Positions 27,630 to 39,071 of a stretch of DNA of 64,000 nucleotides are shown here, one piece after another. The notes under the pieces were generated by a model, which saw only the letters and a program-made list of their open reading frames with translations, made no database searches and had not been told where the DNA came from. Every line of letters starts with the position of its first letter. The stretch's first letter is position 1. The stretch is from Patescibacteria group bacterium (GTDB lineage: Bacteria > Patescibacteriota > UBA1384 > 2-12-FULL-50-11), in NCBI GenBank assembly GCA_016861245.1, contig BOKZ01000001.1, positions 615,006 to 679,005 of the forward strand. Reading direction: 5' to 3'. The position numbers were made by a program, and so were the translations under genes.

Positions 27630-28688
27630 ATGCGACACGCAGTAATTATGGCTGGCGGAACCGGAACACGACTCTGGCCACTTAGCCGAAAATCTACACC
27701 AAAACAGTTCCAGAAGTTAATTGGTGAGCGAACGCTACTACAACAAACTTACGATCGTATTCGCGGTATCATTGACCCAGAACAGGTTTGGGTGGTGACC
27801 GGCGAGCAGTATAAAGAGTTGGTTATCGAACAGCTGCCGGAGATTTTAGCTGCTCATATTATTACCGAACCAGTTGGACGGAACACCGCACCGGCAACAG
27901 CATTGGCAACCCTTAGTATATTAAAGGAAGATCCCGAAGCCGTCTTATTTGGCTTATTACCAGCCGATCATTACGTCGGCAAGCCGAAAGTCTTCGCAGA
28001 AGCAACCAAGGCAGTTTTCTCGTTTATCGAACAACACCCAGAATACGTGGTTACTATCGGAGTTCGACCGACCGAACCGAATACCGGACTTGGGTATATC
28101 AAAATGGGCGACAAGCTTGAATCGATTCAGAAACGAGCGATCTTCCATGTCGAATCGTTTCATGAGAAACCAAACCAAATAACGGCTGAGGAGTTTGTGA
28201 CGAGCGGTGAGTACTTATGGAACGGCGGCTACTATCTATTTAACGGCGCCAAAATGATCGAGTATTACGAGCAGCTTGCTCCGGAGATACTGCGAACTGT
28301 TGGCGAATACATCGAAGACCCGACTGTCGAGCTATATAACAGTGTTTCTTCTGAGCCGATCGATAAAGCGATCTCAGAGAAGCTTTCTAATTTAGCAGTG
28401 ATTCCGGTCGAGATGGATTGGAGCGATATCGGCAATTGGGCAACGCTACACGAAATTCTCTCAGAACAGGGGAAAAGTACTGAAGTCGTGATAGGGGATA
28501 GTATCTCAGATAAAACAAGCAACACCTTAGTAATGGGTGGAAGCAAATTAATTGTCACAGTAGGAGTGAAAGATATTGTTGTTATCGACACGGACGACGT
28601 CATTCTGATCTGCGAGAAGGGGAGTGTACAAGACGTTAAAAAAATTGTAGAACAGTTGCAGGAGCAGGGAAGAGAACACCTGCTGTAA
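27630..28688 (+). CDS. manC: mannose-1-phosphate guanylyltransferase-like sugar nucleotidyltransferase
   Basis: N-terminal AVIMAGGTGTRLWPLSR nucleotidyltransferase motif. 352 aa with a C-terminal left-handed-helix-like region. Confidence 0.75.
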   Translation: MRHAVIMAGGTGTRLWPLSRKSTPKQFQKLIGERTLLQQTYDRIRGIIDPEQVWVVTGEQYKELVIEQLPEILAAHIITEPVGRNTAPATALATLSILKEDPEAVLFGLLPADHYVGKPKVFAEATKAVFSFIEQHPEYVVTIGVRPTEPNTGLGYIKMGDKLESIQKRAIFHVESFHEKPNQITAEEFVTSGEYLWNGGYYLFNGAKMIEYYEQLAPEILRTVGEYIEDPTVELYNSVSSEPIDKAISEKLSNLAVIPVEMDWSDIGNWATLHEILSEQGKSTEVVIGDSISDKTSNTLVMGGSKLIVTVGVKDIVVIDTDDVILICEKGSVQDVKKIVEQLQEQGREHLL

Positions 28689-28697
28689 TTCACACTT

Positions 28698-29954
28698 ATG
28701 CGAAGAAATTTCTGGATCGGTTTTATTTTAATCCTTGGTTTAATTGGGCTCGGCGCGTACGTGAGCTTGCCGTCAACCGAACAGTTCCTCGGTCGCGATA
28801 CAATAGTACGACAGGGGCTTGACCTCCAGGGTGGAGCGCGGTTAGTGTACGAGCTTGATCTCAGCCGCACAAACGACGACGATCGAACAAACGCAATTGA
28901 GTCAACTCGTCAGGTAATCGAGCGTCGCGTTAATAGTACCGGGGTAACGGAGCCGTTAATTCAACCAGGCAAACTCGGCACTAAACAAACGTTAATTGTT
29001 GAGCTGCCGGGAATTACTGATGTCAACGAAGCGACCGACCTAATCGGTAAAACCGCCCAACTAGATTTTCGAGAAGCCGATCCGAACTCCGATGACAAAT
29101 GGCTTCCAACTGGTTTAACTGGCAAGCAGCTATCTCGGGCGACGGTTACTTTCGATCAAACCACTAACGCGCCGCAAATTAGCCTAACGTTCAATAACGA
29201 AGGTAAACAGTTATTCGGCGACATTACCGGGAGAAATATCGGCAAGCCCGTTGCGATTTTTCTAGACGAAGAAGTTCTGTCGGCGCCGACTGTTCAGGAT
29301 AAAATTACTGCTGGCGAAGCGGTTATTACTGGTCAATTTAGTATTCAAGAAGTAAAAGAGATTGTCAGTTTGCTAAACGCTGGAGCGCTCGATGTGCCGA
29401 TCAAACTCGTAGAGCAGCGAACTGTCGGAGCAACACTTGGTGAAGATTCGGTAAAACGGAGCCTAGTTGCCGGCCTGGTCGGACTGATTTTGGTTGTAAT
29501 ATTTATGTTGATCAACTACCGAGTTGCAGGGATCGTGGCGGTCTTGGCGCTGTTAGCCTATACCGTTATCACGTTCGGATTATTCAAGTTTATTCCAGTT
29601 ACGTTAACACTCGCTGGAATCGCTGGTTTTATTCTGTCGATCGGTATGGCTGTTGACGCCAATATTTTAATGTTTGAGCGGATGCGCGAAGAGTTAGCGT
29701 TGGGTAAAGATATTAAAATAGCAATGGAGGAGAGCTTCCGTCGCGCTTGGCCGTCGGTTCGCGACTCGAATATGGCAACGATCATTACTTGTGCGATTCT
29801 TTTCTTCTTTACAACGGGGGTAGTAAAAGGTTTTGCGTTAACTCTGGCCGTTGGTGTCATTGTTTCGCTATTTAGTTCGATTACTGTTAGTCGTTCGTTG
29901 CTACGCTTATTTGCCCTTAACGGCGGCCTACGAAGGATGTTGGAGAGAGTATGA
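28698..29954 (+). CDS. secD: protein translocase subunit SecD
   Basis: 418 aa. N-terminal TM, a large periplasmic domain, and a C-terminal 6-TM bundle with MFERMREE. Confidence 0.9.
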   Translation: MRRNFWIGFILILGLIGLGAYVSLPSTEQFLGRDTIVRQGLDLQGGARLVYELDLSRTNDDDRTNAIESTRQVIERRVNSTGVTEPLIQPGKLGTKQTLIVELPGITDVNEATDLIGKTAQLDFREADPNSDDKWLPTGLTGKQLSRATVTFDQTTNAPQISLTFNNEGKQLFGDITGRNIGKPVAIFLDEEVLSAPTVQDKITAGEAVITGQFSIQEVKEIVSLLNAGALDVPIKLVEQRTVGATLGEDSVKRSLVAGLVGLILVVIFMLINYRVAGIVAVLALLAYTVITFGLFKFIPVTLTLAGIAGFILSIGMAVDANILMFERMREELALGKDIKIAMEESFRRAWPSVRDSNMATIITCAILFFFTTGVVKGFALTLAVGVIVSLFSSITVSRSLLRLFALNGGLRRMLERV

Positions 29955-30868
29955 CATATCGATTTTTAGGGAGAAAGAAAATACTTTGGTTGGCGATCTC
30001 TGTGGCAATTATGATCCCCGGTATCATCGCCTTAAGTGTTTGGAAGCTGCCGCTTGGTATCGACTTCAGGGGCGGCGCACAGTTTGAGTTGAAATTCGAC
30101 AAAACGCCTACACAGGAAGCGCTCAAACAGAAAATTACCAGCTACCCAGAGGCTAGGGGAGTGACTGTAACAACAGCGGAAGGGGAGTCGTTCATCGTTC
30201 GCGTCCTGCCGATTAGCGAAGGGGAGTATAAGGAAATTTCTAAAAAATTAGAGACAGATTTCGGCACATACACTGAGAAACAGTTTCAATCGGTTGGACC
30301 GAGCGTTTCGAAAGATTTAACCCGCAAAGCGATCACAGCTGTTGTAATTGCTACTCTGTTAATTATCCTCTACCTTACTTACTCGTTCAGGGGCGTCTCC
30401 CACCCTGTTTCCTCCTGGAGATTCGGCTTAGTAGCCGCCGTGGCGCTGTTGCACGATCTGTTAATCTCGATCGGCGTATTTGCGATTCTCGCCCACTACT
30501 TTAACTACGAGGTTGATAGCTCCTTTATTACGGCGATGTTAACCATCATGGGCTTCTCAGTTCACGATACAATTGTAGTGTTCGATCGCATTCGAGAGAA
30601 CTTAACGAAAAACCGAGTCGGAGCCGCTGCAGAGTTCGAACAGGTTGCCGACAACTCGCTTGGTGAGACGCTCAACCGTTCAATCGCTACCAGTCTAACG
30701 GTTATCTTCACCTTAAGTGCGTTAGCGATTCTTGGCGGCGAAAGTATCCGTGGTTTTGTGGTGACTTTATTAGTCGGAATTTTCATCGGCACGTACTCAT
30801 CGATATTTACCGCCACGCCGCTGCTAGTTTTGTGGCAACAACGCGTTTTTAATAAACAACGCTCGTAG
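29951..30868 (+). CDS. secF: protein translocase subunit SecF
   Basis: 305 aa. Overlaps secD by 4 nt. C-terminal RND-like TM bundle. Confidence 0.9.
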   Translation: MTYRFLGRKKILWLAISVAIMIPGIIALSVWKLPLGIDFRGGAQFELKFDKTPTQEALKQKITSYPEARGVTVTTAEGESFIVRVLPISEGEYKEISKKLETDFGTYTEKQFQSVGPSVSKDLTRKAITAVVIATLLIILYLTYSFRGVSHPVSSWRFGLVAAVALLHDLLISIGVFAILAHYFNYEVDSSFITAMLTIMGFSVHDTIVVFDRIRENLTKNRVGAAAEFEQVADNSLGETLNRSIATSLTVIFTLSALAILGGESIRGFVVTLLVGIFIGTYSSIFTATPLLVLWQQRVFNKQRS

Positions 30869-30960
30869 AAATTGGGTACTCAACGAGTACTTAATCATCA
30901 AAAATTTAAACTGCGCTTAAAACGCAAATTTAACGGTAAAGTTGTTTTTAATAGGTTAAT

Positions 30961-31080
30961 TTAGATACTGAATAGTAATTTCAGCAGCAGTGCGACAACA
31001 AATGCAGCGATAATGAGCAAGACGTACTCAATAAGAAAGGGGAGGAGCTCTTGGTTAATAAATCGAGTAATGGGCTTCAT
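30961..31080 (-). CDS. candidate 39-aa hydrophobic small peptide (not in ORF track)
   Basis: MKPITRFINQELLPFLIEYVLLIIAAFVVALLLKLLFSI. A single TM helix in an AT-rich 470-nt intergenic gap, upstream of and co-oriented with the ATPase operon. No clear RBS. Confidence 0.25.
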   Translation of the reverse strand: MKPITRFINQELLPFLIEYVLLIIAAFVVALLLKLLFSI

Positions 31081-31343
31081 TTAAGATAATCATACCAAGA
31101 CTATATGAAATAGTAATTATTTTTACGTCGTACAATGTATCTTGTGCGACACTTAAGAACAGATGGCGATTAAATTATTAAAAATATTAGCCATAAGAGC
31201 CGGTCCCTAAATAAGCGGAAATAGTGGTGCAGCGCAGCTGTGACCCCCGGGGACCTCCCTGAGAAAAGTAGAAATTGCAAAATTTTTAACACTTCTCCCC
31301 CACTGCCGGCGGGGGAGAAGGTAGCAAACAAAAAATTAATCTG

Positions 31344-34259
31344 TTATTTTATTTCGTCGATCGGCTCGTAATCGTCGTTAATTTTAGGTCTGTCAACGTG
31401 CGTCGAATCTAGTTTCAGACCCAGCGAGTCAGCCTGATCCCAGGTAATTAAATGCGTCAATTCTTCGTCACTCTCCCCTGCTCCCCCACTCTGCGGCTCG
31501 GTGTCTAGATGTAATTCTTCGATCACTTGTTCGCTAATCGCCGCTTCTGGTGCTGGACTCACAGGCGAGGAACTCTCAGAAACTGGGGACTCCCCTGCTT
31601 CAGTCGGTTTTTCAACCATATCCCCTTCTGGAGAAACCGCGTACCATTGCCGATTAAAACGATCTTTCAGTATCTCCATCTTCTTCGGCAAGATAAACTC
31701 AGTTTCCTTTACGATCTCTTGTTGCTCTTCTGTTTGGATATCTGATTTAACAGGTTCGGCCTCGGTTTGATTTTTTTCTGTGGGTAGGGTGACAATCCGA
31801 TCCATCTTTTTCGCGTTTTCGACGCTGTGCGGATTTTTATCCTCTTCTTCGCTTAAGTTGATCGGTGACGACCAATCGGTGATGTAATCTTCGACGTCAC
31901 TTTTTGGTGTAGCAAACGCCTCCCGACTAGCAATTACAACTTGATCCTTCAGCATCGCTTTTTCGGTTGGCGGCGGTAGCGTTGCGGCGGAGAACGCCGG
32001 CACCGTAACGCCGTCGATCGCCATCTTTAAGTAAATCTGGCGGTTCGGCTGGTTCACTAAATCGTTTACATCGAAAACTGGCTGGAACTCATTTTTTAGC
32101 GCCTCGGCGTCGGCCGCGCCGACACGAAACGCTACCATCGTACCAACGTTCCCGAATACAGCGTTTGCGACAGTCTCCGGCATCTGGCTGATGTACTGGT
32201 TAATCATCACCAAATTGAGTCGGTATTTACGAGCTTCAGAAAGAATTGTTGCAAACGAGTCGGTCGCAAAATTCTGAAACTCGTCTACGTATAAGTAGAA
32301 ATCACGTCGATCTTCTTCTGCAACATTTGTTCGTCCCATCGCTGCAAGTTGAATCTTAGTAATTAACATAGAACCAAGCAGCGCCGAGTTATCCTCGCCA
32401 ATTTTTCCGGTCGAGAGATCGGCAAGTAGAATCTTGCCTTCGTCCATAATTTTCCGGATATCCATCGTCGATCGCGGTTGTCCGACAATATTCCGAATTG
32501 TTGAAGACGAGAGGAACTGGCCGACTTTGTTTTGGATCGGTGCGATCGCTTCTTGCCTAAACTTCGGTTCGTACTTTTCGTACTCGTTCACAAAGAAGTC
32601 CTTAATGACCGGGTCTTTCAGCACGCTAATTACTTTTCGACGATAGGCGTTGTCGGTAAGAATTCGCATTACACCCAGTAGCGTCGAGTTCGGATATTCA
32701 AGCAACGCCAATACGGAATTACGTAGGATATACTCCAAGCGCGGACCCCAAGATTCGCCGAAGATCTTTTTAAAGATTCCGACAACACCGGAGGCGACAA
32801 CGTTTTGCATCTCCGGTTGAACGTTTTCTAAGATGTTAAAACCGATCGGGAAATCGTGATCGGCTGGGTTGAAGTAAACGACGTCGTGAATGCGTTCTTC
32901 CGGAATAAAATCTAGTACGTGATCGATCAGCTCGCCGTGCGGATCAACAACAGCGACCCCTCTACCTTCGCGAATATCGTCGTAGATCATGTTTTCCATT
33001 AGCGTCGACTTACCGGTTCCGGTTTTACCGATGATGTAAGCGTGTAAACGACGATCTTTCTTTTTAATACCGAACTTGCGAATTTCGTTACGGAAGTTTG
33101 TTTGCGCGAATACTGTTAGCTCGTCCGCTGGCACGGTCCCGATTAGCGGCAAGTTCGACGGCGGTTCCCCTTTTTTGGAGCCTGCCCACGCGATCGTCGG
33201 CGTAGCCACTGTTTCTGACGGGAAATGGTAAAGCGACGCTAGCTCGGTGATGTTAAAAATCATATCGCCAGCGCCAATATCACGATTTCGGTAGAGCGTG
33301 ATTACATCGTGATCGGTTACGATTTCTTTTGACGCAAACCCGTTTAAGTTAAGCGTATTGTATTGCTTATAAGCGCCGACAATTTGCTCTAGCTTGGCGC
33401 TGGCGGCGTACTGCTCCGGCGCGATCGCCACGATGCGAATCGTAGAGCCAAATCCGAGTTTTGTAATCTTCTCTTCGATTCCCTTAAGCGCTTGTTGAAC
33501 CGGGCCGCTTAATTCTTTTGCTTTACTCTCTTTTTTCTCTTCCGGAGCGCTGCCAGCGCCAGTAGCGACGCTCTTAATAAAATCGACCGTGAAGTTCTTC
33601 ATTTCTTTAGCGACCAACTCGACGGCGCCAACTTGTTTAGCTGGCGGTTCTTTAACGTTTTTAATCTCAGCGTCTCCGAGCTTTTGCCAGTCGTCGTCGA
33701 TCGGTCGGACGATCAACTGAACCCAAATTTCCTCGTGATCACCAGCCGAACTAAGCACCCCGGTAATCGATGAAAGCGGGTCAACTTCAAAGTTTTGGAA
33801 CGTTTTAATTGGATAAACAGGCGGTTTTTTAAGAACGAGTTCAGTTGCCGCCACCGCTTTTTCTTCCGGCGCAATCGCGTAATCTTGATCGGTCGGTACT
33901 ACAGAAATCTCAACGTTCGGGTACTGCGCGTAAATCTGACTCGTCACAAATTCTTTCAACTCCGCTGGCATTTGAGCAAAGAATGTGATGGTTTTATTTT
34001 TAGAAATTACTTCAAAGCTAATATGTTGTTGTTGTGAAACGCTTTCACGAAAGATACCGTGCAACGCGGCGAACATCTGCTCTGCCGCTTGTGGCGTGCG
34101 GTCGTTGTTTTTTGGTACCGATATCGAAACTAGTACCCGATCGCTCGGACCGAGGTGTTCGGCTACTTCTTGCTTGACTGTCGAGCTACGTCGCCAGAAG
34201 TAAACAGCGCCGCCGATAAAGAAGGCAGTAAATAGTAAATTGATCGTTAGTAACAACAT
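31344..34259 (-). CDS. membrane-anchored type IV coupling protein-like ATPase (VirD4/TraG/TrwB-like, FtsK-HerA superfamily), paralog B, with long acidic C-terminal tail
   Basis: 971 aa. N-terminal TM (LLLTINLLFTAFFIGGAVYFW). Walker A IIGKTGTGKSTLMENM followed by AVVDPHGEL (DPxGE as in TrwB). Walker B FYLYVDEFQNF. The roughly 230-aa C-terminus is acidic and low-complexity. The start overlaps the stop of paralog A (TAATG). Confidence 0.7.
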   Translation of the reverse strand: MLLLTINLLFTAFFIGGAVYFWRRSSTVKQEVAEHLGPSDRVLVSISVPKNNDRTPQAAEQMFAALHGIFRESVSQQQHISFEVISKNKTITFFAQMPAELKEFVTSQIYAQYPNVEISVVPTDQDYAIAPEEKAVAATELVLKKPPVYPIKTFQNFEVDPLSSITGVLSSAGDHEEIWVQLIVRPIDDDWQKLGDAEIKNVKEPPAKQVGAVELVAKEMKNFTVDFIKSVATGAGSAPEEKKESKAKELSGPVQQALKGIEEKITKLGFGSTIRIVAIAPEQYAASAKLEQIVGAYKQYNTLNLNGFASKEIVTDHDVITLYRNRDIGAGDMIFNITELASLYHFPSETVATPTIAWAGSKKGEPPSNLPLIGTVPADELTVFAQTNFRNEIRKFGIKKKDRRLHAYIIGKTGTGKSTLMENMIYDDIREGRGVAVVDPHGELIDHVLDFIPEERIHDVVYFNPADHDFPIGFNILENVQPEMQNVVASGVVGIFKKIFGESWGPRLEYILRNSVLALLEYPNSTLLGVMRILTDNAYRRKVISVLKDPVIKDFFVNEYEKYEPKFRQEAIAPIQNKVGQFLSSSTIRNIVGQPRSTMDIRKIMDEGKILLADLSTGKIGEDNSALLGSMLITKIQLAAMGRTNVAEEDRRDFYLYVDEFQNFATDSFATILSEARKYRLNLVMINQYISQMPETVANAVFGNVGTMVAFRVGAADAEALKNEFQPVFDVNDLVNQPNRQIYLKMAIDGVTVPAFSAATLPPPTEKAMLKDQVVIASREAFATPKSDVEDYITDWSSPINLSEEEDKNPHSVENAKKMDRIVTLPTEKNQTEAEPVKSDIQTEEQQEIVKETEFILPKKMEILKDRFNRQWYAVSPEGDMVEKPTEAGESPVSESSSPVSPAPEAAISEQVIEELHLDTEPQSGGAGESDEELTHLITWDQADSLGLKLDSTHVDRPKINDDYEPIDEIK

Positions 34260-36655
34260 TAGAGTGAAATTGCGTCAACTGGTGGCAAAGAGTATTGCTT
34301 ACGTGCGGCAGTGCGAATCCAGTTAGACATCTCTATTGTACCCTTGTTTGGGCTCTTTACGCCTCGGAGACTAAACGGTTTGGTTGGCGTCAGGTCCACG
34401 AGCAGCTTAACATAGGCCTGAAACCGGTCAAGGTTGGTTAGATCCTCAACGGACAAGCCGACCATCTCGTGGCTAAGGTACTCGGCGTCTTCAGCGCCGA
34501 CGCGATACGCAATTAATGTACCGACGTTACCAATCACCGCATCGCGGATTTTTTCGGTTAACTGCGCAAAATACTGGTTCGTAATATTTAAACAGAGCCT
34601 GTACTTTCGTGCTTCGGCTAAAATTGTTGCGAACGTGTCGGTCGTAAAATTCTGAAACTCATCAACGTACAAATAGAAATCTTGGCGATCTTCCTCTGGA
34701 ATATCGGCGCGACTAAACGCAGCCACTTGCATTTTCGAAACAAGAATAAGCCCGAGTAGATTCGAGTTAATCTCACCAATTTTACCCTTGGCTAAGTTGA
34801 TGAGCAGGATCTTTTTACCGTCCATTACTTCGCGAAAATCAAACGAACTTTTTTTCTGGCCGATAATATTGCGCATTAAATCGTTGGTCATAAAGCGACC
34901 GAACTTCGAGATAAAATAGTTATACATCTCCGATTTATGGAAATCGGAGGTTTTGGCTAATTGCTGCTGCCAAAAGGCTTTCACAACCGGATCGGTAACG
35001 TTGGCGACAGATTTTTCCCGGAACGCGTCGTCGGTGAAGAGTCGTGGCAGATCGATCAAACTGCCGCCATCTGGGTTGCTCATTACCGTCAGCGCTGCGT
35101 TACGTGCCCAGTGCTCCCACTGCGGTCCGACGATGCCGGTACGGTTAGGGTCAAAAAGCTTGTAGAAAATTTCGATTACTTCTTGAATTAGAAAGTCTTT
35201 TTCCTCCGGACGACTGTACTCTAGTAAGTTCAGTCCGAGTGGATACTCGGTATCTGATGGGTCAAATAGGATAACGTCTTTAGCGCGGTGAGTTGGAACC
35301 TTCTTTAATAAACTTTCAATCGCGTCACCGAGCGGATCGATAAAACATAGCCCTTTACCGGCGTGCATGTCTTGCTCAATCATCGTCTCAAACAACGTCG
35401 TTTTCCCAACACCAGTTTTTCCGATCATGAATAAGTGTCGACGCCGATCTTCGTCTTTAAGCCGAACCAACTGACGCGTACCGCGGTAGATCGACTCGCC
35501 CAACACCACGCCGTCGTTTGGCAAATTCGCCGGCGCCGGTAACGAGCGAGCGACTAACCACTTAACGCCAGGTGTCTCCAACGAACGGTTCGGCAGATGA
35601 AAAATACTACTTATCTCTTCAACGTTTAGGATCATCCGCGGCGCCCCGGTAAATAGACGCAGCAAATAATCGCGGGCAATCTTTTGCGGCGCCACTTTTT
35701 TATATTTCAAACTATTAAATTGCGGCGAGTAAAACTGCGCCATCGACGAAATAATAATATTTAAATTAGCGTCAGCAGACGCTTCGTCTTTTCCGGTCGC
35801 CACAATCCTAATTATTACTTCAAATCCCGTCTTAGCGCCTTTTTCCTGTAGACCTTTAATCAGCTCTTCCTGCTGAGGGTTGAGCGGCTGTGGCTTTTCT
35901 TCCACTTTAGTTGGTCGTACAACTTCGCCGATCATACCGGCAACGCGCCCGGTTTTAGAGCGATTAACTAAATGCATTTTGTTGTTAGTAACGTGTCCAG
36001 TAGCCACGACGGTATGCTGACGCCACGAGTCGTTGATCGGTCGAATAAGCAGTTGGACCGCGGCTGTGCCGTTGTCTTTTAATTTCGTTAGTGCGTTCGT
36101 CATCGCCGAGAGCGGATCGGTCTCCAAATAACGGTAAGTTTTTAACGGTAAGATAAAACTTTTAGCTTGTTCCATTACTGCGCCGCTAACTGCTGGAGCT
36201 TCGGCGGTAAAAATCGGCGGCGGCACATCGTACTGAATTTCCGCGGTCGGAAAGTAACTATGCAGTTGTCTCTCAACGATCGATTGAATGCGCTTCGGAC
36301 AAATTATTAAAAACTGAATCACGTTACCGACCGAAACGATCTCCAAACTAACGTGCGCCGGCGTACTAAATAACCAATCAATAAAATGTTTCTGATGAAT
36401 GGTGGTGGTTAACGAAGAGTAGAACTGCTCCATCGGCGAGATTAAGTCTTTAAAGTCTTTGATCGGCTCGTTAGCTTGATCAGTTCGTTTCTGTGTATCG
36501 CGCGGTACTGTTACCGTCATCGCTACAAGACTTTTTACATCATCAAATGTATCTTTTTTCTGGAAGTAGCGTAAAAACAGCGTCAAGATGATCGGTACAA
36601 TCGCAATGACGGCAATAATTGTAAAAAATAAGTAATTAGGTAGGCCGTCAAACAT
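34259..36655 (-). CDS. membrane-anchored type IV coupling protein-like ATPase (VirD4/TraG/TrwB-like), paralog A
   Basis: 798 aa. N-terminal TM (YLFFTIIAVIAIVPIILTLFL). Walker A MIGKTGVGKTTLFETM followed by CFIDPLGDA. Walker B FYLYVDEFQNF. Same architecture as paralog B, with about 35-40% identity by eye in the ATPase region. Confidence 0.7.
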   Translation of the reverse strand: MFDGLPNYLFFTIIAVIAIVPIILTLFLRYFQKKDTFDDVKSLVAMTVTVPRDTQKRTDQANEPIKDFKDLISPMEQFYSSLTTTIHQKHFIDWLFSTPAHVSLEIVSVGNVIQFLIICPKRIQSIVERQLHSYFPTAEIQYDVPPPIFTAEAPAVSGAVMEQAKSFILPLKTYRYLETDPLSAMTNALTKLKDNGTAAVQLLIRPINDSWRQHTVVATGHVTNNKMHLVNRSKTGRVAGMIGEVVRPTKVEEKPQPLNPQQEELIKGLQEKGAKTGFEVIIRIVATGKDEASADANLNIIISSMAQFYSPQFNSLKYKKVAPQKIARDYLLRLFTGAPRMILNVEEISSIFHLPNRSLETPGVKWLVARSLPAPANLPNDGVVLGESIYRGTRQLVRLKDEDRRRHLFMIGKTGVGKTTLFETMIEQDMHAGKGLCFIDPLGDAIESLLKKVPTHRAKDVILFDPSDTEYPLGLNLLEYSRPEEKDFLIQEVIEIFYKLFDPNRTGIVGPQWEHWARNAALTVMSNPDGGSLIDLPRLFTDDAFREKSVANVTDPVVKAFWQQQLAKTSDFHKSEMYNYFISKFGRFMTNDLMRNIIGQKKSSFDFREVMDGKKILLINLAKGKIGEINSNLLGLILVSKMQVAAFSRADIPEEDRQDFYLYVDEFQNFTTDTFATILAEARKYRLCLNITNQYFAQLTEKIRDAVIGNVGTLIAYRVGAEDAEYLSHEMVGLSVEDLTNLDRFQAYVKLLVDLTPTKPFSLRGVKSPNKGTIEMSNWIRTAARKQYSLPPVDAISL

Positions 36656-36977
36656 CTTTATTGGCCTCGAAGAAGTGCTCCATCATCGCTTGAACGGCAC
36701 CGATATCGGCTTTTGAGTCTGTAAGTGCCTCGTCGATGGCAGCTTTCGGCGCCGAGGACTCCGACTCAGGCTGCTGTTGGCTACTTTTTGCGGGTTCGAC
36801 TTCTTTTTGTTGTACTTCCTGAACTACTCTTGTCTGTTCAGCAGCCCCACCTCCGGTTTCTGGTTGTTGACCGATCCAAGGGCCTTCGTTGAGCCGTTCT
36901 CGCCACTGCGATACCTCTGGACCTACGCTCTGATCAGACTCCGGAGCAACTCCGGAGAACCTTGGTTTACCCTCCAT
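36648..36977 (-). CDS. small acidic low-complexity protein, first gene of the ATPase module
   Basis: 109 aa. Gln/Glu/Pro-rich and predicted disordered. Overlaps the start of ATPase A by 8 nt. Confidence 0.4.
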   Translation of the reverse strand: MEGKPRFSGVAPESDQSVGPEVSQWRERLNEGPWIGQQPETGGGAAEQTRVVQEVQQKEVEPAKSSQQQPESESSAPKAAIDEALTDSKADIGAVQAMMEHFFEANKDV

Positions 36978-37014
36978 AACATAAATATACCAGTCCCCGT
37001 CTCTTTTGTAAGTC

Positions 37015-38660
<1,646 letters not shown>

Positions 38661-38974
38661 CCATAAATTTTACCATCTTCAGGGTAGTTTGTCGCCGGCA
38701 GCTATCGCTATCTGAAAATTGTGTATACTAAAAGTGTCCTTCATTAAGGACTTGAAAAGTTGGCCACTAAGCAACTTTTGACTTACCTTGAGCGTCGCAA
38801 CTCACACTGTTAGTTTGTTCGTTAGGAATTTTGAGGTGAGTAGCAGCATAGATAGGATGCACTGCTGTCCGTAGGCGAAAGTGCTGCCGTGTGGTAGTTA
38901 GAGATTTTGCGATCTCTCCGAGATGGGTTGTGGCCGTATCTGTCTTGTGGTTCGCACGCGACGCAATTACGGAA

Positions 38975-39012
38975 GAAGTCCCCGTGTACGCAAATACGCG
39001 GGGCTTCTTTTT
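38975..39012 (+). terminator. intrinsic terminator-like hairpin (CCCCG...CGCGGGG + T7)
   Basis: GTCCCCGTGTACGCAAATACGCGGGGCTTCTTTTTTTG sits at the end of a 400-nt ORF-free region. Confidence 0.5.
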
Positions 39013-39071
39013 TTGTTAGGTTTTCCCTACACTGTGACTAATCTGCACCTACCGATTTACAGGAGAAAAGC

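Noticed and set aside
28265-28870. 201-aa minus-strand ORF overlapping manC and secD
   Set aside because: Antisense to two well-supported genes. Cys/Ser-rich composition typical of shadow frames.
31344-36655. Interpretation of the tandem ATPases as VirB4/TraC
   Set aside because: The Walker B context (DEFQNF) and the DPxGE shortly after Walker A fit coupling proteins (VirD4/TraG/TrwB) better than VirB4 (DEAW). I kept the call at family level (T4CP-like) rather than VirB4.
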